The position numbers and the translations under genes are program-made. From positions 1 to 64,000 of IMG/VR virus record IMGVR_UViG_3300009177_000028: 64,000 nt of DNA. One strand, 5' to 3'. Positions 1-10,353 of this stretch are shown here, piece after piece. The notes under the pieces are model-generated. The model searched no databases, had not been told where the DNA came from, and was given only the letters and a program-made list of their open reading frames with translations. Within the stretch, counting starts at the first letter, position 1; each line of letters begins with the position of its first letter.

Positions 1-8
1 ATGGCGAA

Positions 9-992
9 ATGAACGCCTCATCCCTAAAGGATGCACTACAAACCCTTGTAAAGTATGCAGCAGTTCTTGAAGAGAACACTCCATCCAACATGGGTCTTGC
101 AGGTCAACCATCCCTAAGCGATGACAAGCGTGATGAGCTTATTTCTCGCGCTATTATGACCCAAGACGGAAAGATTGCTCTTGCTCAGGCAATGGCAAAC
201 CCAATTCGTCGTAACTTGGACTACCACGGTATTGCCCGTAGAGCCCTTGTTGTTGACCCTCTTCCACAAGGTGCAATGCCAACTTACGATAGAGATATCG
301 ATGTTGCCGCAGTTGTTATCTCCAGCAACGGTACTGGTCCAGAATCCCGCGTATTCGGTGACCGTGTAGTTGTTCCAGAATTCGAAATCTACGCTAACCC
401 AACGGTTCGTATCGCTGAAGTTAAGCGTCGTAGATTCAACGTAATTGACCGTGCAGTCCAAAAGGCTCGCCAGGAAATTATGGCACAAGAAGATGCAAAC
501 ATCTTCGCAGCTCTTGATGCAGCCGCATCTGTCGAGAACACCTTGACCGATATCGCTGATGCAGGTCTTCTAAAGAGAGACCTTGTTGAAATCAAGCAGA
601 ACATTGATCGTTGGGACTTAGTAACCACTAAGTACTTCATGAACATCAATGAGTTCACCGATATCCTAAAGTGGGGTTCAGGTGGTGGACAAGGCACTGG
701 TGGCGGAGATTTCGATCCTGTAACCATGCGTGAAGTTCTACAGACTGGTCTATACGCTCACATTTGGGGTACTGACATTATGGTTTCCAAGATTGTTCCA
801 CCAGGAACCATCTACGGTGCCGCAGACCCAGAGTTCGTTGGTGTAATGCCAATCCGTCAAGACATTGAAGTTCTTCCAGCAGACGAACCAAAGCAGTTGA
901 AGCTTGGTTGGGTAGTTTCCGAGATCATCGGTATCGCTATCGTCAACCCACGTGGTGTCGCAGCAGGTCGTAAGTCCGTAACTGTTGGTTAA
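9..992 (+). CDS. Major capsid protein (HK97-like fold)
   Basis: 327 aa with strong codon bias; segments such as LAQAMANPIRRNLDY, LVVDPLPQG and KLGWVVSEIIGIAIVNPRGV have the character of HK97-type capsid proteins; followed by a strong terminator and lies upstream of a full tail module. Confidence 0.85.
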   Translation: MNASSLKDALQTLVKYAAVLEENTPSNMGLAGQPSLSDDKRDELISRAIMTQDGKIALAQAMANPIRRNLDYHGIARRALVVDPLPQGAMPTYDRDIDVAAVVISSNGTGPESRVFGDRVVVPEFEIYANPTVRIAEVKRRRFNVIDRAVQKARQEIMAQEDANIFAALDAAASVENTLTDIADAGLLKRDLVEIKQNIDRWDLVTTKYFMNINEFTDILKWGSGGGQGTGGGDFDPVTMREVLQTGLYAHIWGTDIMVSKIVPPGTIYGAADPEFVGVMPIRQDIEVLPADEPKQLKLGWVVSEIIGIAIVNPRGVAAGRKSVTVG

Positions 993-1015
993 TTCGTTAA
1001 CTAATTAAAGTTTAG

Positions 1016-1048
1016 AAAAACCCTCTAGAGCAATCTAGAGGGTTTTTT
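1016..1048. terminator. Bidirectional intrinsic terminator between the capsid and cca genes
   Basis: AAAAACCCTCTAGA-GCAA-TCTAGAGGGTTTTT perfect hairpin with A-tract and T-tract flanks between convergent genes. Confidence 0.9.
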
Positions 1049-1052
1049 GTTT

Positions 1053-2294
1053 TTAGCACCCTGCCGCAAAATTAAGAAGGAAGCTCTTGGTGTTGTTTTC
1101 TGGATTCCGTAAAACTTCCAAATAACAAGCATCCAAAATGCTCTTAATTTGAGGTCCCGGCCTAATCCCAATGGTCAGTAAATCGTCTCCGTTTACCACC
1201 ATTTCTCTGCGGGTTAGGACCACAACACTCTCATACTTCTCGAATTGCTCCCTGGATAGGTATCCCAGGGCCTCAGTCAAATGTATAAATTGCTCTAAGG
1301 TATGGGTCCAAGGGTCAGGGCTATGGTTCTTGATAACCGCCATAAAGCTCTTATAGGCAAGATCCGTATCCTTAGATACAAAGTCTCGGTATCTTTCCAG
1401 TAATTGCAAAAGAAATGAAACTCTTTTAATTTCCCTATTGGAGAATTTTAAGGAAAATAGTTCTTGCTCAACCAAACCAAATGGGCAGTGTGAGTATAGA
1501 AACGCAAGGCGCGTTTCCAGATCGCCGGAACACCTATCAAGTAACGTAAGCTCATTCATATCATTTTCATGATTAAACAAAAGAGGACAAGCTACTTGAA
1601 GGGCACCAGATTGCTGTAAAAGTTGGAACCCAAAGGAGGCGTTTTCGCTCATGAGCGTCTTACAAAGCTCATCTTGAATTCGTTCCTTTGAGACCTTCTT
1701 TAGTGTTTCAATGTTTTCTTTCATCCCATTGAAAGTTTCGCCTTGGACATCATAACCAAATCGAGCAGCAAATCTTGCCACACGCATGATTCTGAGGCCG
1801 TCCTCTCGAAACCTTGCACCAGGACTTCCAACTGCACGAATGACTCCTTCATACAAATCTTGTTGACCGTTATAAGGGTCAACAATTCTTCCTGAAATAG
1901 GGTCATATGCAATTGCATTGATGGTTAAGTCTCGTCGGGCCAAGTCTTGATCAACATGAAGGACGAAGAAGACTTCTTCTGGCCTGCGCCCGTCCGTGTA
2001 CGCCCCCTCAATACGAAAGGTGGTAACTTCAAAATGATTTTCGATTCCTAGTCCCATCACCACTGTAACGGTTCCGTGCTGCAATCCAGTAGGAATCGTC
2101 TTTGGAAATAAAGCAATTACTTCCTCTGGAGAGGCATCAGTCGTGATGTCCCAGTCTTTTGGCGTGGCACCCATGAGCAGGTCTCGAACACACCCACCGA
2201 CAATGTAGGCTTGATAGCCATTGTTGCTAAGTATGCGACATATTTCTAATGCTTGCCGATTTACCCGTTGGGGTGAAAGGTTCGTGTTTTCCAT
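1053..2294 (-). CDS. cca: Class II CCA tRNA nucleotidyltransferase, without HD domain
   Basis: Motifs VGGCVRD, KDWDITT (DxD), flexible loop RIEGAYTDGRRP, RRDLTINA, EDGLR (EDxxR) and ERIQDEL; no HD segment; 413 aa. Confidence 0.93.
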   Translation of the reverse strand: MENTNLSPQRVNRQALEICRILSNNGYQAYIVGGCVRDLLMGATPKDWDITTDASPEEVIALFPKTIPTGLQHGTVTVVMGLGIENHFEVTTFRIEGAYTDGRRPEEVFFVLHVDQDLARRDLTINAIAYDPISGRIVDPYNGQQDLYEGVIRAVGSPGARFREDGLRIMRVARFAARFGYDVQGETFNGMKENIETLKKVSKERIQDELCKTLMSENASFGFQLLQQSGALQVACPLLFNHENDMNELTLLDRCSGDLETRLAFLYSHCPFGLVEQELFSLKFSNREIKRVSFLLQLLERYRDFVSKDTDLAYKSFMAVIKNHSPDPWTHTLEQFIHLTEALGYLSREQFEKYESVVVLTRREMVVNGDDLLTIGIRPGPQIKSILDACYLEVLRNPENNTKSFLLNFAAGC

Positions 2295-2301
2295 GGTGGG
2301 C

Positions 2302-2329
2302 AGTCTAAATCTTAAAAATTTGATGTCAA
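2302..2329 (-). promoter_or_regulatory. Sigma70-type promoter for cca, probably leaderless
   Basis: Minus strand TTGACA (2329-2324), 16 nt spacer, TAGACT (2307-2302); ATG follows 7 nt after the -10; no Shine-Dalgarno. Confidence 0.7.
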
Positions 2330-2375
2330 GGGAAGCGGATTAATATGCTGGGGATTGTAATAATACCACATAATA

Positions 2376-3110
2376 TTGACCCCTACCCGAAAGAAGCGTA
2401 TGAAAATAGACACAATTTCAGAGCTATATCAATTGATTTCCAGCGGAAGCAGTGATCTTCCAGCTAGGAAGCAGTCTATTCAGCTTAGAAAAGCTGGCCT
2501 TTCTGCCTATGCATCTGGCAGCGGTTTTACCAAAGTAGCTTTTGATACTCGTCGTATTGATCAGGAAACTGAATATAATCCTCGTAGAGGTTTACAGAAT
2601 TACAATCGTAGCGAAGCTTTTCTTTCAGAAGCAATGGGTCAAAAGCTTATTCATTTAGCTAAGCTTAAGGGCGTATTAGAAGATTTGAAAAAAGAATTTG
2701 GCAGAGAGCATGAGTGGCAGGATAGCAATGCACGTGTGCTTTTGTCAACACTTGATCAGGGCCTGCGCACTCTTCAAAAAGATGGCGACTATTCTGATGC
2801 TCAACCATCTCAAGGAAGCATTGACTACATTGAAGAACTCCTTCATGTTAGATATAGGCTTGCTTTTGATGATTTAACCAAACTTGGAAAAAGTGAATTA
2901 AAAAGAGTTATATTATCTAAGGATGAAGAGTTAACTCGTAAAGATGTTAACAAAGCTCTTGAAATTAGTAAGTCAGATGTAGCTTCACAAACTTATGATA
3001 CATTGATGGAAAAATTATTTGGTGGAGTTCGTGCTACGGCTGAAAACCCAGAAGTAGAAAGAACTGTTACTATTACTATTAAGGACAAGTTTGTTCCGGA
3101 GAAGAAATGA
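2376..3110 (+). CDS. Hypothetical protein (start may be ATG at 2400)
   Basis: 244-codon ORF, charged and helical; TGA overlaps the next ATG. Confidence 0.7.
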   Translation: MTPTRKKRMKIDTISELYQLISSGSSDLPARKQSIQLRKAGLSAYASGSGFTKVAFDTRRIDQETEYNPRRGLQNYNRSEAFLSEAMGQKLIHLAKLKGVLEDLKKEFGREHEWQDSNARVLLSTLDQGLRTLQKDGDYSDAQPSQGSIDYIEELLHVRYRLAFDDLTKLGKSELKRVILSKDEELTRKDVNKALEISKSDVASQTYDTLMEKLFGGVRATAENPEVERTVTITIKDKFVPEKK

Positions 3111-3799
3111 GCAGCGAGAGTGATTTCGCGTATTCTTTAAAGCATAACACACACTTCATAGTAAGAAATGTTACTTTAGATCGCAAGAAGACAATTAAGA
3201 TTTTCAACTATCCAATTCTTTATGGACAGACCCGTGATCTTTTGGCTATTCCGGGAATCCAAGAAGCGGACATTCGCGCCTCTTTATTGAAAGGTGTGCT
3301 GCGCCACAAGCTTTTATGTCATGACATTGAGTTAGTCTCCAGCAACGTTGATTTGCTTCAATTCAGTGATAAGCAGCGTAATTGGTTAAAGAGTTACGGA
3401 TTCTCTGAAGGTATTGAGGTTGGATGGGACGAACTAGATGGTTATGTTCAAAACGCTATTAATACTAGTGGTGGAGGAAGTTTGGAGCCAGCCCATAAGA
3501 CTTTGAGAGACCTTATTCATTTTATTGATGAAGGTCCAGGTGATGGATTCTTATCTGGTGCAGTTAAGGAAATTTTACCAACAGGATCCCCATTCCCAAC
3601 GAGCGTAACTTGGTATCTTGATTCGGGTAAGACTCTAAAGCTAGTAGAAAAATTTATCACTTATATTAATAATACTTTCCCATATATTATTCAATGGAAC
3701 ATGTATGATACGGATGGCGTATCTCTTATTCATACTGTCACCGACACAATTACATACAGTTCTGCATTCGAATCAACTAGAACGAGGATGATAAGCTAA
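3107..3799 (+). CDS. Probable virion structural protein
   Basis: 230 aa, translationally coupled on both sides; beta-rich C-terminal half; one DGY. Confidence 0.55.
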   Translation: MSSESDFAYSLKHNTHFIVRNVTLDRKKTIKIFNYPILYGQTRDLLAIPGIQEADIRASLLKGVLRHKLLCHDIELVSSNVDLLQFSDKQRNWLKSYGFSEGIEVGWDELDGYVQNAINTSGGGSLEPAHKTLRDLIHFIDEGPGDGFLSGAVKEILPTGSPFPTSVTWYLDSGKTLKLVEKFITYINNTFPYIIQWNMYDTDGVSLIHTVTDTITYSSAFESTRTRMIS

Positions 3800-4296
3800 T
3801 GTCCAATGAATCACCAGCATCGATTTTGTTTGACGAGTTGGGCAATCCAATTGGAGTAATGCTGGATGGTTACGTCTATCGTTTGCAAGTTCAAACCATA
3901 ATTGATGATGGTTATTTTCATGGTCCCGTAGCTGTTAAGGGGCCTAATCAAGCGGCGCTAGCAACTGACCCATCTCTTGTAGTTGCAATCTCCCCCAATA
4001 ATTCGTTTACGGTAACTGGGGCTAAGCCCTCTACTACCAATACCTCTAGTGTAGCCGCATCTACTACGAATGTGACTTTACTTTCTTCCAATTTAACAAG
4101 ATTGGGGGCGACAGTCTATAATGATTCAATGTCTTTATTGTACATAAAATTGGGACCGACCGCAACCTTATCAGATTTTACCATTAAGCTGTTTCCATTG
4201 TCTTATTATGAAGTTCCTTACGGATATACGGGCGAGATAGATGGGTTTTGGTCAAATTCTTCCGGATTTGCTAGAATAGGCGAATTAGTGCCTTAA
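3799..4296 (+). CDS. Putative head-appendage or decoration protein, paralog of 4387..5424
   Basis: C-terminal ~85 aa (VTLLSSNLTRLGATVYN...YEVPYGYTGEIDGFW...ELVP) aligns with the C-terminus of the next gene; 2 DGY. Confidence 0.55.
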   Translation: MSNESPASILFDELGNPIGVMLDGYVYRLQVQTIIDDGYFHGPVAVKGPNQAALATDPSLVVAISPNNSFTVTGAKPSTTNTSSVAASTTNVTLLSSNLTRLGATVYNDSMSLLYIKLGPTATLSDFTIKLFPLSYYEVPYGYTGEIDGFWSNSSGFARIGELVP

Positions 4297-4333
4297 ATTT
4301 CTATCATTAATTGAATATGAGTGTATAAGATAT

Positions 4334-4359
4334 AAAGAATTAAGTTAAAGAATTAAGTT
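4334..4359 (+). repeat. 13-bp perfect tandem duplication AAAGAATTAAGTT x2
   Basis: Directly visible in the intergenic spacer. Confidence 0.9.
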
Positions 4360-4386
4360 AATTTCTAACCTAAACGGGGATAAAAT

Positions 4387-5424
4387 ATGTCTGGAGTATC
4401 ACCTTCATCAGTTCTATTTAGCTCAGATGGCTATGAATTAGCCATCGTTGACGGTTCCAGCTTTATTGCCGGAACTCGTAGTATTCTAATTGCCGGTAAT
4501 GACGGTTCTAATACTCGTACAGTTTTGATCGACTCTACAGGAAGACAAGTAGTTGTCGGCGCAGGTACCGCAGGCTCACAAGCCGGTGGCGTCATCACCA
4601 TCCAAGGAGACCCGGCAGGTACACCTGTTCCAGTTTCTGGTACGGTTGCAGTTAGCTCTGTTTCCGGCACCGTAGCTGTAACTCAGTCTACTTCCCCATG
4701 GGTTGTAAGCGGAACAGTAACCTCTAACCAGGGTACTCCAAACAGCTTAGCTAACTCTTGGCCAATCACCATTACTGACGGTTATGGTAACATCCAAGGC
4801 TCTGCTGTTAACCCAGTTTATGTTCAGGGTAACATTACAGCTAACAACTCATCCGTAGGTGCAGATAACGCAGCTTTCCTATCCTTCGATACACAAGTTG
4901 GTGGCAAGGTTACTACAGCAGCTCCAACCTATACCAACGGTAACTTAAGCGCTCTATCTCTAACCACTCTTGGTGGTTTGCGTATTGACGGCGTCTATGC
5001 TGGAGCAACTGCAACCTCTACTGCTACTGATATGATGGTAAGTGGTGGTTATGTAACAACCGCAGCACCAAGCTATACAAACGCTACACTAAATGCTTTG
5101 TCCTTGGACACTTCTGGTAATTTGCGTGTCACTGGATTCGTAACAACTAACAAGGCTTCCTCCTCTGCTGTTACTTCCACTTCCGCATCAACAAGCAGCG
5201 TTACAATTTTGGCAAGCAATGCTACCAGAGTTGGCGCAACTGTCTTCAATACCAGCTCCAAGGTTATGTATGTCAAGCTTGGCGCCACTGCAAGCACTTC
5301 CAGCTTTACCACCCAATTGTTTGCTAACTCCTACTGGGAAGTTCCAAACGATTACACCGGCGTTATTGACGCTGTCTGGGCCGGTACTGGCGGAGCTGCA
5401 ATCGTAACTGAATTGACTCCATAA
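4387..5424 (+). CDS. Putative head-appendage or fibre protein
   Basis: Ser/Thr/Gly-rich 345 aa; shares N- and C-terminal modules with 3799..4296 and the GxDGxNxRxxxxDSxGR / PVSGTV repeats with 5540..8212. Confidence 0.6.
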   Translation: MSGVSPSSVLFSSDGYELAIVDGSSFIAGTRSILIAGNDGSNTRTVLIDSTGRQVVVGAGTAGSQAGGVITIQGDPAGTPVPVSGTVAVSSVSGTVAVTQSTSPWVVSGTVTSNQGTPNSLANSWPITITDGYGNIQGSAVNPVYVQGNITANNSSVGADNAAFLSFDTQVGGKVTTAAPTYTNGNLSALSLTTLGGLRIDGVYAGATATSTATDMMVSGGYVTTAAPSYTNATLNALSLDTSGNLRVTGFVTTNKASSSAVTSTSASTSSVTILASNATRVGATVFNTSSKVMYVKLGATASTSSFTTQLFANSYWEVPNDYTGVIDAVWAGTGGAAIVTELTP

Positions 5425-5455
5425 TTAATCTAATAGATTAAATAAAAATTCCGAG

Positions 5456-5484
5456 AAGCCTGCTATTTATTAGCAGGCTTTTCT
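5456..5484 (+). terminator. Intrinsic terminator
   Basis: AAGCCTGCTA-TTTAT-TAGCAGGCTT followed by TTCTATTTT. Confidence 0.8.
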
Positions 5485-5539
5485 ATTTTCTACATAATTT
5501 AGTATAACTAGCGTAGTCGTGTCTTTAAGAGGATAGAAT

Positions 5540-8212
5540 ATGGCAAGAGTTGAAGGTGGCGCTGTAACCATACTTACAGATTGGCCAGGATTAAAAAATC
5601 AGATAGACACCAGAAGTCTAAATTAGAGATTCGAAGAAACTGATGTTTCTTATGAAATTTTTGCAATTGATGGACAATATTTTTACACCGCACCTATCTA
5701 CAAGTCTGGAAAGGCCCCAGATAATCAAGCTACCTATGATACATATCGTGCTGATTTCGAAGCTAATTACAAAAATAGAATTACTGATTTTAACGCCACT
5801 GATCCAATTTTTCTTACTAATGTAGATGGTTACTCTGTTATTCTTAAGGACGGGGCCTCTCCAACTGCGAATGATGGATATGGTATTGCTGTAATTGGAA
5901 TCGATGGTTCCAACTATAGAATGCTTAAAATGGATTCGTCGGGTCGTCCAGTCATGGTCGGTGCTGGTACTGCCGGAAGTGCTGCTGGAGGAATTGTTAC
6001 TGTTCAAGGCGATCCTAGTGGAGTTCCAATTCCTATCTCAGGAAATATTACTGCTTCTAATGCTTCTGTAGGAACAAACGATGCCGCAATTCCTGGATTC
6101 TCTAATTTAATTGGTGGTTCCGATGGAACAAATCTTCGTTCGCTTAGAGTTTTTGACGTTGACTCTGGTGGCGGGCAGCAATGGGTTCTTGGCGTTGGTC
6201 TTCGCAAAGCTGCTGGTGGCGGTTCTGTTGAACTAGGCACATCTTCAGACCCGATTAGGACGGATCCAACTGGGACTACTACTCAGCCAGTTTCTGGTAC
6301 CGTTACCGCCAACCAAGGTGGAACTTGGACAGTTCAACCGGGTAATACAGCCAATACTACTCCGTGGTTAATTACTATTAGTCAAGGTGGAAATGCGGCC
6401 ACCGTAACTGGCGCCAATGCTTTGAAAGTAGATGGTAGTGCAGTTACACAACCAGTTTCTGGTACAGTAACTGTTACCCAATCAACCGCTGCAAATCTTA
6501 GGGCACAGTTAGCCTCTGAAACATCTACTGGCTCTTCTATTCCATCTACCGCATTGATGATTGGTGGCTCAGATGGTTCTCTTTTGAGAGCACTTTTTGT
6601 CGATTCATCTGGTCGTCCATTTGTAGTTGGAGCGGCAGCTAATGGCGCTGCTGTTGCTGGTAACCCAGTATTGGTGGCTGGCTCTGATGGCACTAATGCT
6701 CGTTCGATTAAAACAGCCAATGACGGAACTGTTAGAGTCGATCCAACCGGAACAACTACTCAACCAGTATCAGGAACTGTTGCTGCAACTCAGAGTGGTA
6801 CTTGGACGGTTCAGCCAGGTAATACGGCTAATACTACTCCATGGTTAATTACTATTAGTCAAGGTGGAAATTCAGCTACTGTTACTGCATCAAACGCTTT
6901 AAAGGTAGATGGATCTGCCGTTACACAACCGGTTTCTGGAACCGTGACGGTAACTCAAGCAACAGCATCAAATTTACGTTCTCAAACATCTTCAGAATCA
7001 AATACGGGCTCGGCTGTACCAACACAAGCCTCAATGGTTGGTGGAACAGATGGAACTAATTTAAGAGCAATATCTGTTGATTCTTCTGGCAGACAGATAG
7101 TTATCGGGGCCGCTGCCGATGGTTCTCCAATTACTGGTAATCCAGTATTGATGGCCGGTCAAGATGGAACCAACGTTCAAAGCATAGCTACTGATGGATA
7201 TGGTCGTGTACAGGTGTCCATTACTGGAACTTCTAGTACTCAAGTAGAAGGGCGAGCTGCTGACGGTTATACTCAGGTAGGAAATCCTGTATCTATAGCT
7301 GGCGTTGATGACGATGGTTATGTTCAAAATTTACATGTAGATAGTTCAGGTAATTTGCAAGTAGTTTCCGTATCCGCAGTTGGTACTTCCACCACCCGAA
7401 GGATTAGCCAAAATATTGCAACTAACGTTACTATTTATAATGATTATACGGTTCCGGTTGGGCAAACTCTTTCCGTATCATCTTATTATATGGGCGGTGG
7501 AAGTGCCGGAAGATCGACTCTAGCAAAACATACTTCCGCCAACGTTGCATTTATTACCAACGGAGATTTTGAAAACGGAACACAGGTTGCAGCTTGGGCC
7601 GCCGTTACCGGAAGTTTTACAGCCCCAACTCCAGATTCAAATTCAACACAATTCCAAACTGGTGCCGCTTCTATGAGGTGGACATATGCCAACAGCGCTA
7701 CTGCATTGGCAAGAAGACAAACTTTTACTCCGGTTATTGACTTGTCTGGGTATAGATATCTTCGTGTAAAATTCTTTAACGACGCAGCTACCGGTACAAC
7801 TAGAACTATTTCTATCATCGTTGCGTCAGGTACACCAACTAGAACATATTCGTTGTCTGGCACTCTTGGTTCGGCCCCATTTACTGCCAATACTTGGATC
7901 ACATTAACAGCAGATTTAGATAACCCAACCACTTCGACAGGAACGGGATTTGATTTAACGGCCGTAAGCACTATTACTTTACAGATGCAAGATGCCGCTA
8001 ACAAAACAGGTACCGTGTACTGGGATACCCTACGCCAAGAAGATCAATTAGATGTTAGACATCGTCTATATACCTCTACAGGAGATACTGTAAGTGCACC
8101 TTTGAATCCGGTTGAAACATTCAATGCAAGCGAATCAGTTTATTTAATTGCTAGAAATATAGGCAATACTACAAACGAATATACTGCAATATGGTCGGGG
8201 ACATTAGTTTAA
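5540..8212 (+). CDS. Large repeat-containing fibre or appendage protein (890 codons) with an in-frame TAG at 5624-5626
   Basis: ATG at 5540 with AAGAGGA RBS is in frame with the 5921 ORF; the extension aligns without gaps to the N-termini of 8225 and 9275; C-terminal carbohydrate-binding-like beta-sandwich; 5 DGY. Confidence 0.7.
6263..7216 (+). repeat. Two tandem ~477-nt (159-aa) coding repeats
   Basis: Units start DPTGTTTQPVSGTV at 6263 and 6740; protein nearly identical, third codon positions diverged. Confidence 0.85.
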
Positions 8213-8224
8213 AAGAGGGAAGAA

Positions 8225-9271
8225 ATGGCAATTAATTTTGGTGGAAATGTAGTAATATATGAGCAGTGGACAGCATTAAAAACAACCGCTGTTAATAATA
8301 CTTTATCTATTCAATATTTAGAGAGTAGTGATAGGTATTCAATATTTGTAATTGATGGTGGTGTTGTTAGAGCATGCACTATATATACCGGAACTATACC
8401 TAATTTCGTTGATCCTGATGTTGGTGATCCATCAGATCAATCAACTAATGATTCGTACAAATCAGACTTTGAAACTAACTATAAACCTACGGCTAATTCC
8501 CGTATTTCTAGAACCGATAGTTTCGGAGATCCAATTCATTTGGATTTCGTGGATGCCGTTGCATTTGGGTTAATACCAAACGCTACTAATGGAACAGCTA
8601 ATGGATATATTGGCACGGCTGCAATAACTACAGTTGCTGTTAGGGCTACAAGTTATATTGCTGATACAACCGCAGCTCAGAGAAGCGTCGTTTCTTCTAG
8701 TGCCAACGATACTTCTGCGGGTACTGGAGCACGAACTGTCAAGATTACCTATTACGATAATTCTGTTAATGGACCATTTACTGAAACAGTTACTATGAAT
8801 GGCACCACACCAGTTAATACCACCAATACTAATATTCGTTTTATAGAAAAAATGGAGGTAGTGACAGTCGGCTCAACGGGATCTAATGCAGGCACTATTT
8901 CACTAAAACAAAATACGGGTGGTGGAGGAAGTACCCTCGGATCTATTGCGATTAGCGACAATCAAACTTACTGGGCACATCATTATGTAGCTGCCGGGAA
9001 AACTGCACACATTTATGCTGTTAGGGCAGGCTCTTCAATCACTAATGGAATAGTAAACGTAATTGCTACAGGCGATCCAACTGCTACCAATTTACCATCC
9101 AAAAACATCTCTAATGGTATAAGAATGGGATCAGCCAATCAGGTAGTATCATTTTATGAATGGGTGGCCCCACTTTCAGTTGTTGGTCCCAATTTTGTGT
9201 TTATCAACACCAAGCCAGATGCAGTGACCGCCTCCACTATTTATGCTTCTTTTGACTATTCGGAGTTTTAA
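8225..9271 (+). CDS. Putative virion appendage protein, paralog of 9275..10288
   Basis: Shares the N-terminal module (W..LK...L.IQY...Y.IF.ID...DFETNYK) and the C-terminal module (AAQRSV.SSSA.D.SAGTG.RT..ITYYDNS.NGP...RFIEK...TYWAHHYV) with the next gene. Confidence 0.6.
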   Translation: MAINFGGNVVIYEQWTALKTTAVNNTLSIQYLESSDRYSIFVIDGGVVRACTIYTGTIPNFVDPDVGDPSDQSTNDSYKSDFETNYKPTANSRISRTDSFGDPIHLDFVDAVAFGLIPNATNGTANGYIGTAAITTVAVRATSYIADTTAAQRSVVSSSANDTSAGTGARTVKITYYDNSVNGPFTETVTMNGTTPVNTTNTNIRFIEKMEVVTVGSTGSNAGTISLKQNTGGGGSTLGSIAISDNQTYWAHHYVAAGKTAHIYAVRAGSSITNGIVNVIATGDPTATNLPSKNISNGIRMGSANQVVSFYEWVAPLSVVGPNFVFINTKPDAVTASTIYASFDYSEF

Positions 9272-9274
9272 CCT

Positions 9275-10288
9275 ATGTCAGTAAATTTTAACGCCAATGT
9301 CACAATTTCAAATACTTGGACCAACTTTAAATCAATTACTACGTCTAAGACATTGCCTATTCAATATGATGATGATGGTATAACATACACTATTTTTGCT
9401 ATTGATGACCCCATGATTTATATTTGTACTATTTGGAAAGGTACTGTACCGAGTGGTGTTATTGATGGTGGTTATTCTCAGGCCCAAAATGATACTGATG
9501 AGTCTGACTTTGAAACAAACTATAAGCCGTCAGCTAATAAGAACGTAAGTATTCTTTGGACGGCTGAAAGAGCTATAGCGGCCGGCATTATTTTGAACGG
9601 ATTGTCAGGAGCTATTGGTGGGTATGTAGGAACTGCATCTGCTTCTTTGGTGACAGTGCGCGCGACCGCTTATACAGAACCAAGCTCAGCAGCGCAACGT
9701 TCTGTAGCCTCATCCAGTGCCAGTGATTCATCTGCTGGAACCGGCACTAGAACCATTAGAATTACCTATTATGATAATTCGATGAATGGTCCATTAACTG
9801 AAGATATTACTATGAATGGAACTAGTAACGTAAATACAGTGGCAACTAACATTAGATTCATAGAAAAAATTGAATCACTAACTGTTGGATCTAACGGCGG
9901 AAATGTTGGAACTATTACTTTATTTGGATCAACTAACGGCGGTGGTGGTACAGTAGGAACAATTGCTGTTGGTGATGGTAGAACTTATTGGGCTCATCAT
10001 TATGTTAGGCCAAGCAGAACTATGTTTATTAGAAAGTTAATTCTTAGCACTGGAACTGGTGGTACTGCTGCTAATGCCTCCATTAGAACGGCCACTCCAT
10101 TAACCGCTAACGCATTTGAAAACCAAATTGGTACACAGTATAGAGTTGTAAATGGTACTACTGGTAATGTAATTGATTTTGATGCACTTGCTGCTGTAAA
10201 TGGACCTGCCAGAGTAACTATTTATGTAAAGCCTGATGCAACTACCGCGAGTACATTTTATGCTAACTTTTCATACTATGAGATTTGA
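9275..10288 (+). CDS. Putative virion appendage protein, paralog of 8225..9271
   Basis: Aligns along its length with the upstream gene. Confidence 0.6.
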   Translation: MSVNFNANVTISNTWTNFKSITTSKTLPIQYDDDGITYTIFAIDDPMIYICTIWKGTVPSGVIDGGYSQAQNDTDESDFETNYKPSANKNVSILWTAERAIAAGIILNGLSGAIGGYVGTASASLVTVRATAYTEPSSAAQRSVASSSASDSSAGTGTRTIRITYYDNSMNGPLTEDITMNGTSNVNTVATNIRFIEKIESLTVGSNGGNVGTITLFGSTNGGGGTVGTIAVGDGRTYWAHHYVRPSRTMFIRKLILSTGTGGTAANASIRTATPLTANAFENQIGTQYRVVNGTTGNVIDFDALAAVNGPARVTIYVKPDATTASTFYANFSYYEI

Positions 10289-10353
10289 TCGTCCGACATT
10301 TGCATAATTAGATATTGATCGTGAAAGATAATCTTTTACTTAGGGGAACAAAC

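Noticed and set aside
1053-2294. Poly(A) polymerase assignment
   Set aside because: It lacks the G-R/K-R/K-F signature upstream of the loop (it has TGLQHGTVTV) and carries the CCA-type loop
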